IMG/VR virus record: IMGVR_UViG_3300025195_000002
Direction: 5' to 3' (one strand)
DNA length: 64,000 nt
Source: a virus
Shown here: positions 46,874 through 56,029 of the stretch, one piece after another
Layout of the letters: every line of letters starts with the position of its first letter
Numbering within the stretch: position 1 is the stretch's first letter
Notes under the pieces: model-generated
The model's input: the letters and a program-made list of their open reading frames with translations, nothing else
Told to the model about the DNA's origin: nothing
Databases searched by the model: none
Program-made: the position numbers and the translations under genes

Positions 46874-47326
46874 ATGAGACTTAATATTATTCATGCTGAT
46901 TTATTTAATCTGGATGTCGATACTATCACGTGTCCTGTTAATTGTGATGGAACGATGGGTAATGGTCTCGCACTTGCCTTTAAAATGAAATACCCATCAG
47001 ATTTGTTTACTAATTACAGAGAGCTATGTCTATCAGATAAACTCACCCCAGGACATTGTTGGTTTTATAGACACCCTTACCGTAATGTGCTTTGTTTTGC
47101 TACAAAAGATAGTTGGCGTCAAGATTCTAAGTTAGAGTGGGTTAGTAACGGGCTATACAACTGTTTGGAAAATCTCCCTAAACTAGGTGTTAAACGAATA
47201 GGATTTCCTTTATTGGGTTGTGGTAAAGGAAAATTGAGCAAACATGTTGTTATTGATGTGTTTAAAGAAGTATTTGACGAGAGTATCCACACCAACCTTG
47301 ATCTTGAGGTTACTGTATGTTTATGA
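46874..47326 (+). CDS. Macrodomain (DarG/TARG1-like) ADP-ribosylhydrolase
   Basis: DLF..DTITCPVNCDGTMGNGLALAFK..YP; FATKDSWRQDSKLEWV; FPLLGCGKGKL. Confidence 0.85.
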   Translation: MRLNIIHADLFNLDVDTITCPVNCDGTMGNGLALAFKMKYPSDLFTNYRELCLSDKLTPGHCWFYRHPYRNVLCFATKDSWRQDSKLEWVSNGLYNCLENLPKLGVKRIGFPLLGCGKGKLSKHVVIDVFKEVFDESIHTNLDLEVTVCL

Positions 47327-47359
47327 GGCGGTAACCGTTAATTAAAATAGGAGAAGGTC

Positions 47360-48661
47360 ATGACGTGTAAAGTCGACCGTTTTGCGGGACTTATTAAAGA
47401 ACGTATAGAAATGGATAGTGCGGTCACTAGCTTAGAATCATTAACGTTAGAGATTGAGCAGGATCAACATCGTATCTATAACCAGCATGACGCGCTAGTA
47501 TCCTTAGAATCGCTTCTAGATAACGCAGAGGGTGAGTTGGGTGTAACCGAATACCTGTGCCTTAAATTAAACATGGAGACGTTAGGGATCGCTACAGAGG
47601 CAATTAGCGTTGAAGGTTTACGTGAACAAGTTAAGATACTTTGGCGAGGACTTATCCAACAAATCGTCGATGGGATAAAGAAGATAAAAGCTTGGGCCAG
47701 TAAGATGGCAGCAGCTTTGCCTAGACTACGTAAATACGTAGAAGAAGTTCTTAATGCTAAATCTACAACTTATTACGATACGACTATTTCACTACGTACA
47801 GAAATGAGTAGTCTGGCAGGCGATAAGTTAACAAAAGAAAATATCCTTAACGGTATGAAGGTATTAGAGGACATCACCACTGATTGTTTTAGAGTTGATT
47901 TTCCTGAGACGTTAGCGTCTGTAGATAGAGTATTGGCTTTGTTTAAAGAAGTACCAAAGACGTTTGCGATTGACAGATCACTATCGTCGTATGACAGTCG
48001 CGATGAAAGAGAGGCACGTGAGCTTACCGTTAACTTAATCATTAACTCCCGTGTACAGTTAGATGTAGGTGAGCGTAATCCACCTGCTGGTATCTGGAGC
48101 GAATCACTCAAATTGAGAGGGATTACCACAGATAGATACCTGACTTTTAGTCCTCGTAAAGACCCGTTTGTAGGTGACAGATTTGCACTTTACCGCTATC
48201 CTCGTTTTAAAGATGAAAACTATAGTGGTTTGGTTAAACAATCACCTACTATTGCTAATTATGCTACTGCTGGTATTAATTATCTAAATGCAATTCGTGT
48301 TGATCTGTATAGTCGAACAAATAACACTGGTGTCGATGAGGTGAAGTTAGAGCAATTGTCCTACGATGAAGTACAGAAAGTATGTCAGCGCTGTTTGAAT
48401 ATATTGGACAGTTTCGATTATTACTATTCTTATTTTGATGAGATTCAAGAGTATAAAGAGGATCTTATTAAAGAAGGTAATAGCGCGGCAGGGATAATCA
48501 CGGATGACGGCGAGACTAACAGACGGCTGGTGTCTGAGTTAATCCGTGGCATTGTTCGTTTCCAGACCACGCGACTCGATAAACCTTTTGTCTCTATCAT
48601 TGGTCACGGTGTTAAGTCTATTTATGCATTGATGTCTTATGCGCAAAAGAGCCTAGCTTAA
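47360..48661 (+). CDS. Internal head (inner-body/ejection) protein, paralogous family
   Basis: Repeated SLE and SVEG protease motifs, then the amphipathic helix ILWRGLIQQIVDGIKKIKAW. Confidence 0.7.
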   Translation: MTCKVDRFAGLIKERIEMDSAVTSLESLTLEIEQDQHRIYNQHDALVSLESLLDNAEGELGVTEYLCLKLNMETLGIATEAISVEGLREQVKILWRGLIQQIVDGIKKIKAWASKMAAALPRLRKYVEEVLNAKSTTYYDTTISLRTEMSSLAGDKLTKENILNGMKVLEDITTDCFRVDFPETLASVDRVLALFKEVPKTFAIDRSLSSYDSRDEREARELTVNLIINSRVQLDVGERNPPAGIWSESLKLRGITTDRYLTFSPRKDPFVGDRFALYRYPRFKDENYSGLVKQSPTIANYATAGINYLNAIRVDLYSRTNNTGVDEVKLEQLSYDEVQKVCQRCLNILDSFDYYYSYFDEIQEYKEDLIKEGNSAAGIITDDGETNRRLVSELIRGIVRFQTTRLDKPFVSIIGHGVKSIYALMSYAQKSLA

Positions 48662-48663
48662 CT

Positions 48664-48677
48664 GACACCTATATTAC
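48664..48677 (+). promoter_or_regulatory. Early promoter-like motif GACACCTATATTAC
   Basis: Full match including TATATTAC. Confidence 0.65.
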
Positions 48678-48716
48678 CTAACAGGTTCCCACCCATAACT
48701 AACCTAAGGTGATATA

Positions 48717-48929
48717 ATGAATTTACCCGATGATATTAAAAAGAGATTAGAAATTAGAGCTGCTGACCTAGAGTTATCAGATAGAGAAGAGATGGTACTT
48801 ATAGAGGCTGTCTCATCACTACCTAATCCAGGCAGTGTCGTTAACGATATCTTATTCTTAAATAAAGAAAATCTGATTGACACTGTCATTGTTCCCTATG
48901 CTAAGCTAAAAGCTATTCGTTTAAAGTAG
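48717..48929 (+). CDS. Hypothetical protein (70 aa)
   Basis: AAGGTG RBS; between an early motif and a terminator. Confidence 0.65.
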   Translation: MNLPDDIKKRLEIRAADLELSDREEMVLIEAVSSLPNPGSVVNDILFLNKENLIDTVIVPYAKLKAIRLK

Positions 48930-48937
48930 TCGTTATA

Positions 48938-48968
48938 AAGAAGGGTATACCACAACCCTTCTTTTTTT
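48938..48968 (+). terminator. Intrinsic terminator
   Basis: AAGAAGGGT/ACCCTTCTT stem followed by a T-run. Confidence 0.7.
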
Positions 48969-48990
48969 ATTTCAATTAAGGAGCGGTACC

Positions 48991-49221
48991 ATGGAAGCAT
49001 TTGTATTTCCTATTTTGTTTGCTATTTCTAAGAAACTGATTGCAGCTGCAATTGTGTTAGTTTTCTGGTTTATTTCTCTGCGCATTGCAGATAAAATTCT
49101 GGATATCAATTTCAAGGAAGAATGGGATAACATTAAGGATGATAAAGCCAAGGTAAGTTACTGGAATACACGCATGATTGCGTTTGCCATTATGCTACTA
49201 GGTTGTTTTGCTCTAGTGTAG
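48991..49221 (+). CDS. Small two-TM membrane protein, holin-like
   Basis: Two hydrophobic segments; AAGGAG RBS; directly upstream of the transglycosylase. Confidence 0.55.
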   Translation: MEAFVFPILFAISKKLIAAAIVLVFWFISLRIADKILDINFKEEWDNIKDDKAKVSYWNTRMIAFAIMLLGCFALV

Positions 49222-49229
49222 GAGAGATG

Positions 49230-49964
49230 ATGCGTTATCTATTACTTATACTGTTTCTATTATTGCCTGCGTGTGGTAACGATAACGACAAACCCTCATC
49301 GGCCGATACCTCTACAGGGCAAGTAGAAGAGGAGGTTAACACCTCACCTGTTGAAGTTATCCCACCCCCCGAACCGATTAGAGACTCACCTATCGTTGTT
49401 AAGAAAGATGAGATAGAAGAGAATACCTATCAGATTACAGATGCACGTAAACTATCAGGTCTCCAGTCTATTAAATATGACATCTATTTTAAAGCAGCGA
49501 TGAGTTGGCAGATGCCGTATATTGATTGGAAGTGGCTAAAGGCGCAGTGCTGGCAGGAAAGTCGGTTCAACCCTAAAGCGGTTAGTCCGGTAGGTGCAGC
49601 TGGGGTGTGTCAGTTTATGCCAGGGACCTGGGAGGGTGTTCCTATCTTTGTCCGTGAGGATAGAGATGTGTGGGATGCAAGAACCAATATTGATGCAGCA
49701 GCGTGGTATATGAATACCCGTTATAATTTCTGGACTTCACCAAGACCCCAACTCGATCGTATCCAGTTAGCGCAAGCCTGTTACAATGCAGGCTGTGGTC
49801 ATGTGTTGAATGCCCAGAAGAAATGTAATAACCCTAGTGGTTATGATGAGATCATCGAATGCTTACCTCTAATAACGGGTGATCATTCAAAAGAAACCAT
49901 CGACTATGTTCAAAAGATCGGTGGGTTTGCAAGAGAGTTAAATGTCATAATGCCTAAAGATTAA
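49230..49964 (+). CDS. Lipoprotein lytic transglycosylase (SLT domain)
   Basis: MRYLLLILFLLLPA|CG signal; acidic/Pro linker; QCWQESRFNPKAVSPVGAAGVCQFMPGTW, ACYNAG and ETIDYV. Confidence 0.8.
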   Translation: MRYLLLILFLLLPACGNDNDKPSSADTSTGQVEEEVNTSPVEVIPPPEPIRDSPIVVKKDEIEENTYQITDARKLSGLQSIKYDIYFKAAMSWQMPYIDWKWLKAQCWQESRFNPKAVSPVGAAGVCQFMPGTWEGVPIFVREDRDVWDARTNIDAAAWYMNTRYNFWTSPRPQLDRIQLAQACYNAGCGHVLNAQKKCNNPSGYDEIIECLPLITGDHSKETIDYVQKIGGFARELNVIMPKD

Positions 49965-50025
49965 CGCCTGTGCATTTATTCTATGTATACCCCATTGATT
50001 CATTTATTAACAAAAGGTAGCAGAT

Positions 50026-50742
50026 ATGTCTGAAGAAAATCAAAACCCAGAATCCACGGATAGCCAAGGTGAATCGGTGGAAAAAGCTCAACCCACCAAA
50101 CGTACATCATCTCGTAGTAAACGTGGTAACCGAAAATCAAACCCAGCGCCAGCTCCTAAAGCCGAGGATAAGCCGGTAGAAAAGCCAGAAGCCAGCGCCG
50201 AAAAGCAAGTTGAAACTGAAGCTGAAGTGCCTGAAGTTAACGCTGTAGCGCCTGAAGTACCAGAGACACCGGTTACTGAGCCTGAAGCCCCTAAAGAAGA
50301 AGTGGCTAAGGACCTTGATGTTAGCGTTATTGGCGGGACCATTATCTCTCAGGTACGCGATTATGCTGAGGCGATGAATAAAGGTCGTCCAATGGATGCT
50401 GCGCGCGGTGCCTCACAGCAACTATTGCTACATCGTGCCATTCAACGCATCTTTAATCTCGAAGGTAAAGAGTTCTATACCGTCTTTAAAGAAGTGTTGG
50501 CTATTATCAATGAAAACCGGGACGGCGCATTCCACGAAAAACGCCTCTATCGCTTCATTGATCAGGTTAAGATGTCTACTGCTGACCGTAAGTCTTTTGA
50601 ACGTTTGTTGAATCTCTTCATTACCGTTTGTGATCCAGCACAACGCCAACAGGCACTTAAGCAAGTTGACATTGAGTCAGTAGCCGGTACTCTGCGTAAC
50701 GGTGAAAAAGAACAGAAGTTGATTTCCTTCTTTGGGGGTTAA
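50026..50742 (+). CDS. Conserved phiKZ-like protein with a disordered acidic/Pro N-terminus
   Basis: 238 aa; C-terminal helical domain GAFHEKRLYRF...FERLLNLF. Confidence 0.72.
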   Translation: MSEENQNPESTDSQGESVEKAQPTKRTSSRSKRGNRKSNPAPAPKAEDKPVEKPEASAEKQVETEAEVPEVNAVAPEVPETPVTEPEAPKEEVAKDLDVSVIGGTIISQVRDYAEAMNKGRPMDAARGASQQLLLHRAIQRIFNLEGKEFYTVFKEVLAIINENRDGAFHEKRLYRFIDQVKMSTADRKSFERLLNLFITVCDPAQRQQALKQVDIESVAGTLRNGEKEQKLISFFGG

Positions 50743-50774
50743 TTAACACTGTAAGTGGTGCAACAGCCACGACT

Positions 50775-50814
50775 CCACCACCCGTTCTCCAGGGCGGGTA
50801 GTGGTTTTATGCCG
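50775..50814 (+). terminator. Hairpin + TTTTATGCCG element
   Basis: CCACCACCCG/CGGGTAGTGG stem; TATGCCG at 50808-50814. Confidence 0.62.
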
Positions 50815-50835
50815 CCATGCTAAAGTAAATAATTA

Positions 50836-50849
50836 TACCCCTATATTAC
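50836..50849 (+). promoter_or_regulatory. Early promoter-like motif TACCCCTATATTAC
   Basis: Contains TATATTAC. Confidence 0.55.
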
Positions 50850-50906
50850 TATTATGATTCAATGCCCTTATTGAATTGCGCTAATATAACATAAAGAGTA
50901 TAAATA

Positions 50907-51305
50907 ATGAACGATAAACTAAGCCTTTTAAAAACTTTTCACAATAACTATTGGGTAAAATATAAGATAGGAGCTGCGCTAATCGCTCAAGGCGAGGTAC
51001 ACTCCATGGTGTCTACGCGACTGGATGGACTACGTTACCTATTTGAAGTCAGCGGTTTCCCCTATAGCGCTTTAGCAAAAAGCTTTTTTGATAACCACAG
51101 TCATACTCTTAAACGTGGGTTAATCGAAATCGGGTTGATGTCAGGTAGTGTTGAAGAACGGGTGTTACTGATGGCAAATATCGAGCAGCAACTTATCGAC
51201 CGTATAGCCCAATATGCTGATGACGGCATTAGTGAATCAATGGCCTGTGAAGCAATTATAAAAACCATTAGCCTATGTCCAAATAGTGAAGTAAAGTTAA
51301 GTTAA
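50907..51305 (+). CDS. Hypothetical protein (132 aa)
   Basis: ORF between an early motif and a bidirectional terminator. Confidence 0.6.
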   Translation: MNDKLSLLKTFHNNYWVKYKIGAALIAQGEVHSMVSTRLDGLRYLFEVSGFPYSALAKSFFDNHSHTLKRGLIEIGLMSGSVEERVLLMANIEQQLIDRIAQYADDGISESMACEAIIKTISLCPNSEVKLS

Positions 51306-51306
51306 A

Positions 51307-51366
51307 CAGCATAAATACCATCCTACCTTTTATCAGGTAGGATGGCTTATGACGTCTTTTTTTTTT
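51307..51366. terminator. Bidirectional CAGCATA-hairpin-TATGACG element
   Basis: CCATCCTACCT/AGGTAGGATGG stem between convergent genes; long T-run. Confidence 0.72.
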
Positions 51367-51368
51367 AA

Positions 51369-53282
51369 TTAAGAATGTATTGGATGATCTATTCCTTTCT
51401 CTTTTGTAAACTCAAAAAGAAGTTCATTCATACTTGGCATCGATAGCATCTCTCGACACACCTCTACTGCATTAGTTTGTGCGGCGGTCATGTTAATAGC
51501 TACCCGCCGATAAACATCATCACTTTTACCTAATATCTTACAAAACTCCAATATAGTCGTTTCACGAGAAGCATTAGTGATAATCCCTATGTTTGGATAA
51601 CCTGCCGCTACATCCAAATCAGATACTGCAACAGATAGTCCAGTTTCTATAGTGGGATCTTCCTCGATTAGGTTTAATCCACGCTTGTGGATCAGATGAC
51701 TGGGTAGAGTCGTTATCCACCCTTGTAGTGAGGGTAGCAGCGCATCGATCTCAGCTACCATCTCATCACTGGTTGATCCCATTACCAACCCTTCTTCCTC
51801 CTCACAAACAAAATGTAAGTCATCAGCCAGACGTCGAGGAGTAGAAGGGAACTTTGCTAGATCAGAATGGCCTAACAATATCCTCATCTTTTTAATATCC
51901 GTTTGATCCTCATCTAGTAATTCAACTGCAATACAGTCAAAGGAGTTATAGATTAAATATTCAGCAGGATAGTGCGTTTGCATGAACTGATGCCACTCTA
52001 ACCCCTTAAAACCATCAGCCTCTTCAAACTTTAACTTAGATAAGTTAAGGTGTCTATTTAGTATAGCATCTAAACTATAAGAGGGCTGTTGAGCTTCAGT
52101 GACACGAAGCTTTTTATACAAACACATTGAATCGATGAAGTAGAAGCCAGCCGGGGCGATGACCGTATGCCAAAGGTCAGCAACGTGTTGAGAGTAGGTT
52201 TTACCATCAGCCTTGGTTTTCTGTAGCTGTCCTTCCTTATACCTAAAGTATTTATACTCTGGAGGAATACGAGGGTCGCTAAAAACCTCAGCAGGGTCTT
52301 CGCCATGACGTTTACACGACTCTATCATTTTAGGCACATCAAAGTTCATGTTCCAGATAAGGATAAAGTCAGGTTGCCATTGGTGTGCACGCTTTAATAG
52401 AGCACGGGTTACCTCAAAGTCATTTTCTACAATTTCAACTTCAAGGTTGATGTTTCTCTCTTTCTTGTATTTTTCAAGATAAAGTTCAAATAACCCTTCA
52501 ACGATAGGCACTGCCTTACCCTGTATGCGCGCAGCAAAACGCTTAGTGACAGCAATAAACACCTTATCTTTCATGGTTAATGAACCAGAGATAATTGGCT
52601 GTTCGTATGGCTTGCGTTCTTTCTGTAAGCTAACGATCTCTTCACGTTCTAACTTTAACTGTTCGTTAATGCGCTTAACATCTTTAGCACCCTTTGGATC
52701 TTTGGCTGCCTCTTCTGCCTGTTGACGAAGATGATCCATACGAGCTTGGGATTGTCCAATACGTTCATCGTAACGTTTACATACTGCTTTATCGTCAGGG
52801 TGTAAGTGCTCGAAAACGGTATTTGTCTCTAAATCGAGTACCGCATTATTGGCATCATAACGCGCATCGTTATATTCTGGATAGTCTCTCATGTATTTAT
52901 GTTTGACCAATACCGTTGGCATTATATCTGTACCATAAACATAAGGACTACGATTCAACATACCTAGACGCATAAATCCAGGTGTCATACCTAATGCACG
53001 TGCAAGGTTATCCGCCAATAATACCTGCGTCGACTCGTAACGCTGGACTTTCTTACGGTCTTCCCATTCTTTTTTCTCATGGTGTGTCTGATGACCTTCA
53101 CGTGTGATATAGAATGATTTCTTAACATTTATTTTAGGGACTAGGCGCGAACGGGTCGTTCCGTCTTTAAAGTGAACTCTTTCTTTAACTAAAACTAGAT
53201 CATCTTTCTTAGTATATTGGTTAACAAAATAGTTAGCATGGATACATTCAAGACCGGCAATATCCTCTGGATTAACTGTCAC
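51369..53282 (-). CDS. Split family-B DNA polymerase, 3'-5' exonuclease + motif A subunit (phiKZ gp82-like)
   Basis: ExoI DLET, ExoII WNMNFDV, YSLDAIL, ExoIII YNSFDC and motif-A-like DLDVAAGYP; GTG 53282 after AAGGAG. Confidence 0.85.
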   Translation of the reverse strand: MTVNPEDIAGLECIHANYFVNQYTKKDDLVLVKERVHFKDGTTRSRLVPKINVKKSFYITREGHQTHHEKKEWEDRKKVQRYESTQVLLADNLARALGMTPGFMRLGMLNRSPYVYGTDIMPTVLVKHKYMRDYPEYNDARYDANNAVLDLETNTVFEHLHPDDKAVCKRYDERIGQSQARMDHLRQQAEEAAKDPKGAKDVKRINEQLKLEREEIVSLQKERKPYEQPIISGSLTMKDKVFIAVTKRFAARIQGKAVPIVEGLFELYLEKYKKERNINLEVEIVENDFEVTRALLKRAHQWQPDFILIWNMNFDVPKMIESCKRHGEDPAEVFSDPRIPPEYKYFRYKEGQLQKTKADGKTYSQHVADLWHTVIAPAGFYFIDSMCLYKKLRVTEAQQPSYSLDAILNRHLNLSKLKFEEADGFKGLEWHQFMQTHYPAEYLIYNSFDCIAVELLDEDQTDIKKMRILLGHSDLAKFPSTPRRLADDLHFVCEEEEGLVMGSTSDEMVAEIDALLPSLQGWITTLPSHLIHKRGLNLIEEDPTIETGLSVAVSDLDVAAGYPNIGIITNASRETTILEFCKILGKSDDVYRRVAINMTAAQTNAVEVCREMLSMPSMNELLFEFTKEKGIDHPIHS

Positions 53283-53317
53283 GGTGGGCTCCTTAATTAA
53301 CACGGCTATACTATTTC

Positions 53318-53323
53318 TATGAC
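53318..53323 (+). promoter_or_regulatory. Candidate late promoter TATGAC
   Basis: About 28 nt upstream of a structural operon. Confidence 0.4.
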
Positions 53324-53350
53324 GTGTTATTAATAAAATATAGGATTCAC

Positions 53351-54724
53351 ATGAGACAGTCGATTAAAAACAGACTAGGTGAGCAAACGCCGCAAACCTC
53401 CAGTTTTAATAAACAGACGTTGGACACTACCCATTCTACCGGTGTCGAAACAATGTTCAATAAAGCCGAGTGTGAATTCATCGCCATTGAACAGTGTAAT
53501 GATGATGTTGAAGATCTTATACGCATAGCCGATGGCCTTGAAGCTATTGAAAAACAGCAACCACTTGACATAAACGACAGTTTAACAAAAGCATGTGTAG
53601 ATTCCATAGCCGGTGAAGTTGGCTTAGAGGCCAAGGATGTGGTTGAAGATATTGTAGAGACCATTCGTCGTATATGGAGAACAATTTACAACGCTATTCG
53701 TAAAGGTATTCGCCAGGTTAAAATTTGGTTAAAGACACTGCTTGATGGTACTGAGAAATTCAAAACCCGCGTTGATGCGTTAAGTGAAAGGTTAACTACG
53801 GTATCTACAGAATCTAAAGACAAAACACCCATAACAGCCCCGTTGATATCGGCGGCGTTAGATGTGGAAGGTGAGGTAAGTCCACTATTGATTAAAGACA
53901 GACTATCCCTCGTGACGCCTTTATTTAGTAAACAAATGGTCGGTAACGTTGAAGCCGTTACTTCCATGTTGACGGGAATGGCTAAAGTTGACCCTACTGA
54001 TATTAAGACTATTTCAGTTTTTAAAGACGCAGTTACAGTTAAAGAAAAGGTAGATAGCGTTTTAGGTGGTATTGTTCTATCTAAAAAGAAACTGCCTTTA
54101 AAAGAGGGGATTATCCAAGTTATATTTCCAAGGGTGGTAGTTTCGGATATTTTTGAATTTACACTTAAAGCTAGCCAGGTTCATTCAACAGAAACATTGC
54201 CGGGCAATAAGGCAATTTATGTGTTGTCCAGTAAGTTAATTGGAAAACATGAACACATTAAAGTTAAATCAGCCCATCTCAACCTCACAGCGCGCTTGGG
54301 TAGTTTATCTTTAATCAATCCCAGTATTAAATTGACAGAAAACAAACTACCGGTACTTAGCTATGGCGATATGGTAGATTTATGTACCTTTGTATCTTCA
54401 AAGTTAGATGATGTTATTTATTTTAACGATTATTATACCAAGCGTTCATTAAAATCATCAGAAGCGATGTTTGATCAGGTAGATAAGTTGTCTGATACTA
54501 TCTATAGCAAGGTCGAAGATAGGGATCAGGCCGCTGAGGCGCGTAGTGTTTTTAAAGTTATATCTAACATGAGTCAAGAAGTTTACCAACTAAGCGAGGG
54601 ATTGACATTAAATACTGTTCGCTACACTATTAAAACTTGTCGCGCCATTATAAAGTACGTTGAAGAATCGGCCTCGCGGTACGAATCTAATCTTGATGAA
54701 AGTACATTACTAGAGAGTAAATAA
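53351..54724 (+). CDS. Internal head protein (phiKZ gp83-like)
   Basis: ATG 53351 after AGGA; GLE motifs followed by IRRIWRTIYNAIRKGIRQVKIW. Confidence 0.7.
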   Translation: MRQSIKNRLGEQTPQTSSFNKQTLDTTHSTGVETMFNKAECEFIAIEQCNDDVEDLIRIADGLEAIEKQQPLDINDSLTKACVDSIAGEVGLEAKDVVEDIVETIRRIWRTIYNAIRKGIRQVKIWLKTLLDGTEKFKTRVDALSERLTTVSTESKDKTPITAPLISAALDVEGEVSPLLIKDRLSLVTPLFSKQMVGNVEAVTSMLTGMAKVDPTDIKTISVFKDAVTVKEKVDSVLGGIVLSKKKLPLKEGIIQVIFPRVVVSDIFEFTLKASQVHSTETLPGNKAIYVLSSKLIGKHEHIKVKSAHLNLTARLGSLSLINPSIKLTENKLPVLSYGDMVDLCTFVSSKLDDVIYFNDYYTKRSLKSSEAMFDQVDKLSDTIYSKVEDRDQAAEARSVFKVISNMSQEVYQLSEGLTLNTVRYTIKTCRAIIKYVEESASRYESNLDESTLLESK

Positions 54725-54726
54725 CA

Positions 54727-56016
54727 ATGAACCGCTTACCCCATTATTTTACTGCCTCTAACGAGGCAATTGATCATCAGTTTAACGGTGTGTTAAAGGC
54801 AGCGTTGGTTCAGCGAATCGGTGTTCTCATCGGTAAGAAAGAATCAAACGTTATTCAGGAAGCATTACCTACGTTATCTGATGTTATTAAAACACACACT
54901 GGCGTCTCACTTAAGCTTGAGCTTGTGGAGGGTATGGGTATGTTTGTAGAACTACCCTCACTGTCAGCAAACAACCCTATCGTTAATGCCTGGCGTCGTG
55001 GTCCCTGGATGACAAAACAAGGCGAAGCGTTAGTCAAAGAGGCTAATAAGCCGATTGAAGGGAGTATCGATCTTAATAAAGGTAAGGTTGATGGTGTCTT
55101 TAGTGAAACCACCCAAACGCTTTATATTGGTAAAGAATATTTCTACCATCCCTTGGTTACCTTTACACCAGAAGAGATAGCGGCGGTTATCTTGCATGAA
55201 GTAGGGCATGTCTTTACGTATTTTGAGATGCTGTCACGTACTGCTACTACAAACTACATTCTACGTGGCACCCTTGAACAGTTAATGGAAGCTAAGGATA
55301 GAAAATCAAAGATCACTATCCTTAAAGATACCGAAAAGACATCTGGTATACCATTGGGTGATTTAGATGATATCGCCGACATTGCTGATATAAAAGCAGT
55401 TAGTGTGATGTTATTTAAACAGATTGATGACGCTCAACGTAGTGAGTTAGGGTTTAGTGCCTATGATACGACGGGTGCTGAATCACTCGCCGACCAGTTT
55501 GCTGCTAGACACGGTCTAGCGTTACCTCTGGCAACTGGTTTGGATAAAGTCACCCGCATGTATGGTGATGCGGCTCACCGGTCAACGCTCACCTTTGCTG
55601 CTATTAAAGTAGCCATTTGGTCATCTTTGTTTACTGCTGCCGTCTTTACTCCTATTGCTGCTGGAATTGTAGTAGGTGTCATCACTATTAAACTACTATC
55701 GGGTATCTTAGGGGTCGCTGAATACGATGAGCTTCCTGATCGGTATAAGCGTTTACGCCATCAATTAGTCGATGGTTTAAAACGAAAAGAGATTACTGGC
55801 GAACAGGAAAAACAACTCATTTCAGAAATTAACCAGCTAGATAAGATGGTCGAGTCTGTTAACGAGCATGTTTCTTTATCGTTACTTGTACTTAACCACC
55901 TCATCCCAAGTAAACGCAAAGCAGCTAAATCTAAAGTGTTCCAGCAAGACTTAGAGTCTATGCTCGCTAACGATCTCTTTGTTAAATCAGCAGAATTAAA
56001 ACACGCGACTGCGTAA
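54727..56016 (+). CDS. Virion protein with zinc-metalloprotease motif and two TM helices (gp84-like)
   Basis: ILHEVGH, ESLADQFAARHG and a hydrophobic hairpin LTFAAIK...GILG. Confidence 0.7.
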   Translation: MNRLPHYFTASNEAIDHQFNGVLKAALVQRIGVLIGKKESNVIQEALPTLSDVIKTHTGVSLKLELVEGMGMFVELPSLSANNPIVNAWRRGPWMTKQGEALVKEANKPIEGSIDLNKGKVDGVFSETTQTLYIGKEYFYHPLVTFTPEEIAAVILHEVGHVFTYFEMLSRTATTNYILRGTLEQLMEAKDRKSKITILKDTEKTSGIPLGDLDDIADIADIKAVSVMLFKQIDDAQRSELGFSAYDTTGAESLADQFAARHGLALPLATGLDKVTRMYGDAAHRSTLTFAAIKVAIWSSLFTAAVFTPIAAGIVVGVITIKLLSGILGVAEYDELPDRYKRLRHQLVDGLKRKEITGEQEKQLISEINQLDKMVESVNEHVSLSLLVLNHLIPSKRKAAKSKVFQQDLESMLANDLFVKSAELKHATA

Positions 56017-56029
56017 GGAATAATGAATC

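Noticed and set aside
38800-50800. Possible inversion of the gp76-gp80-like block relative to phiKZ
   Set aside because: The gp80-like gene appears before the gp79-like gene, but I cannot reliably recall reference strands. A synteny alignment is needed.
37126-51366. Homopolymer runs (A-run near 37126-37135, T-run near 51356-51366) as phase-variation sites
   Set aside because: Both are intergenic or at a gene end and are explained by terminator or RBS context.
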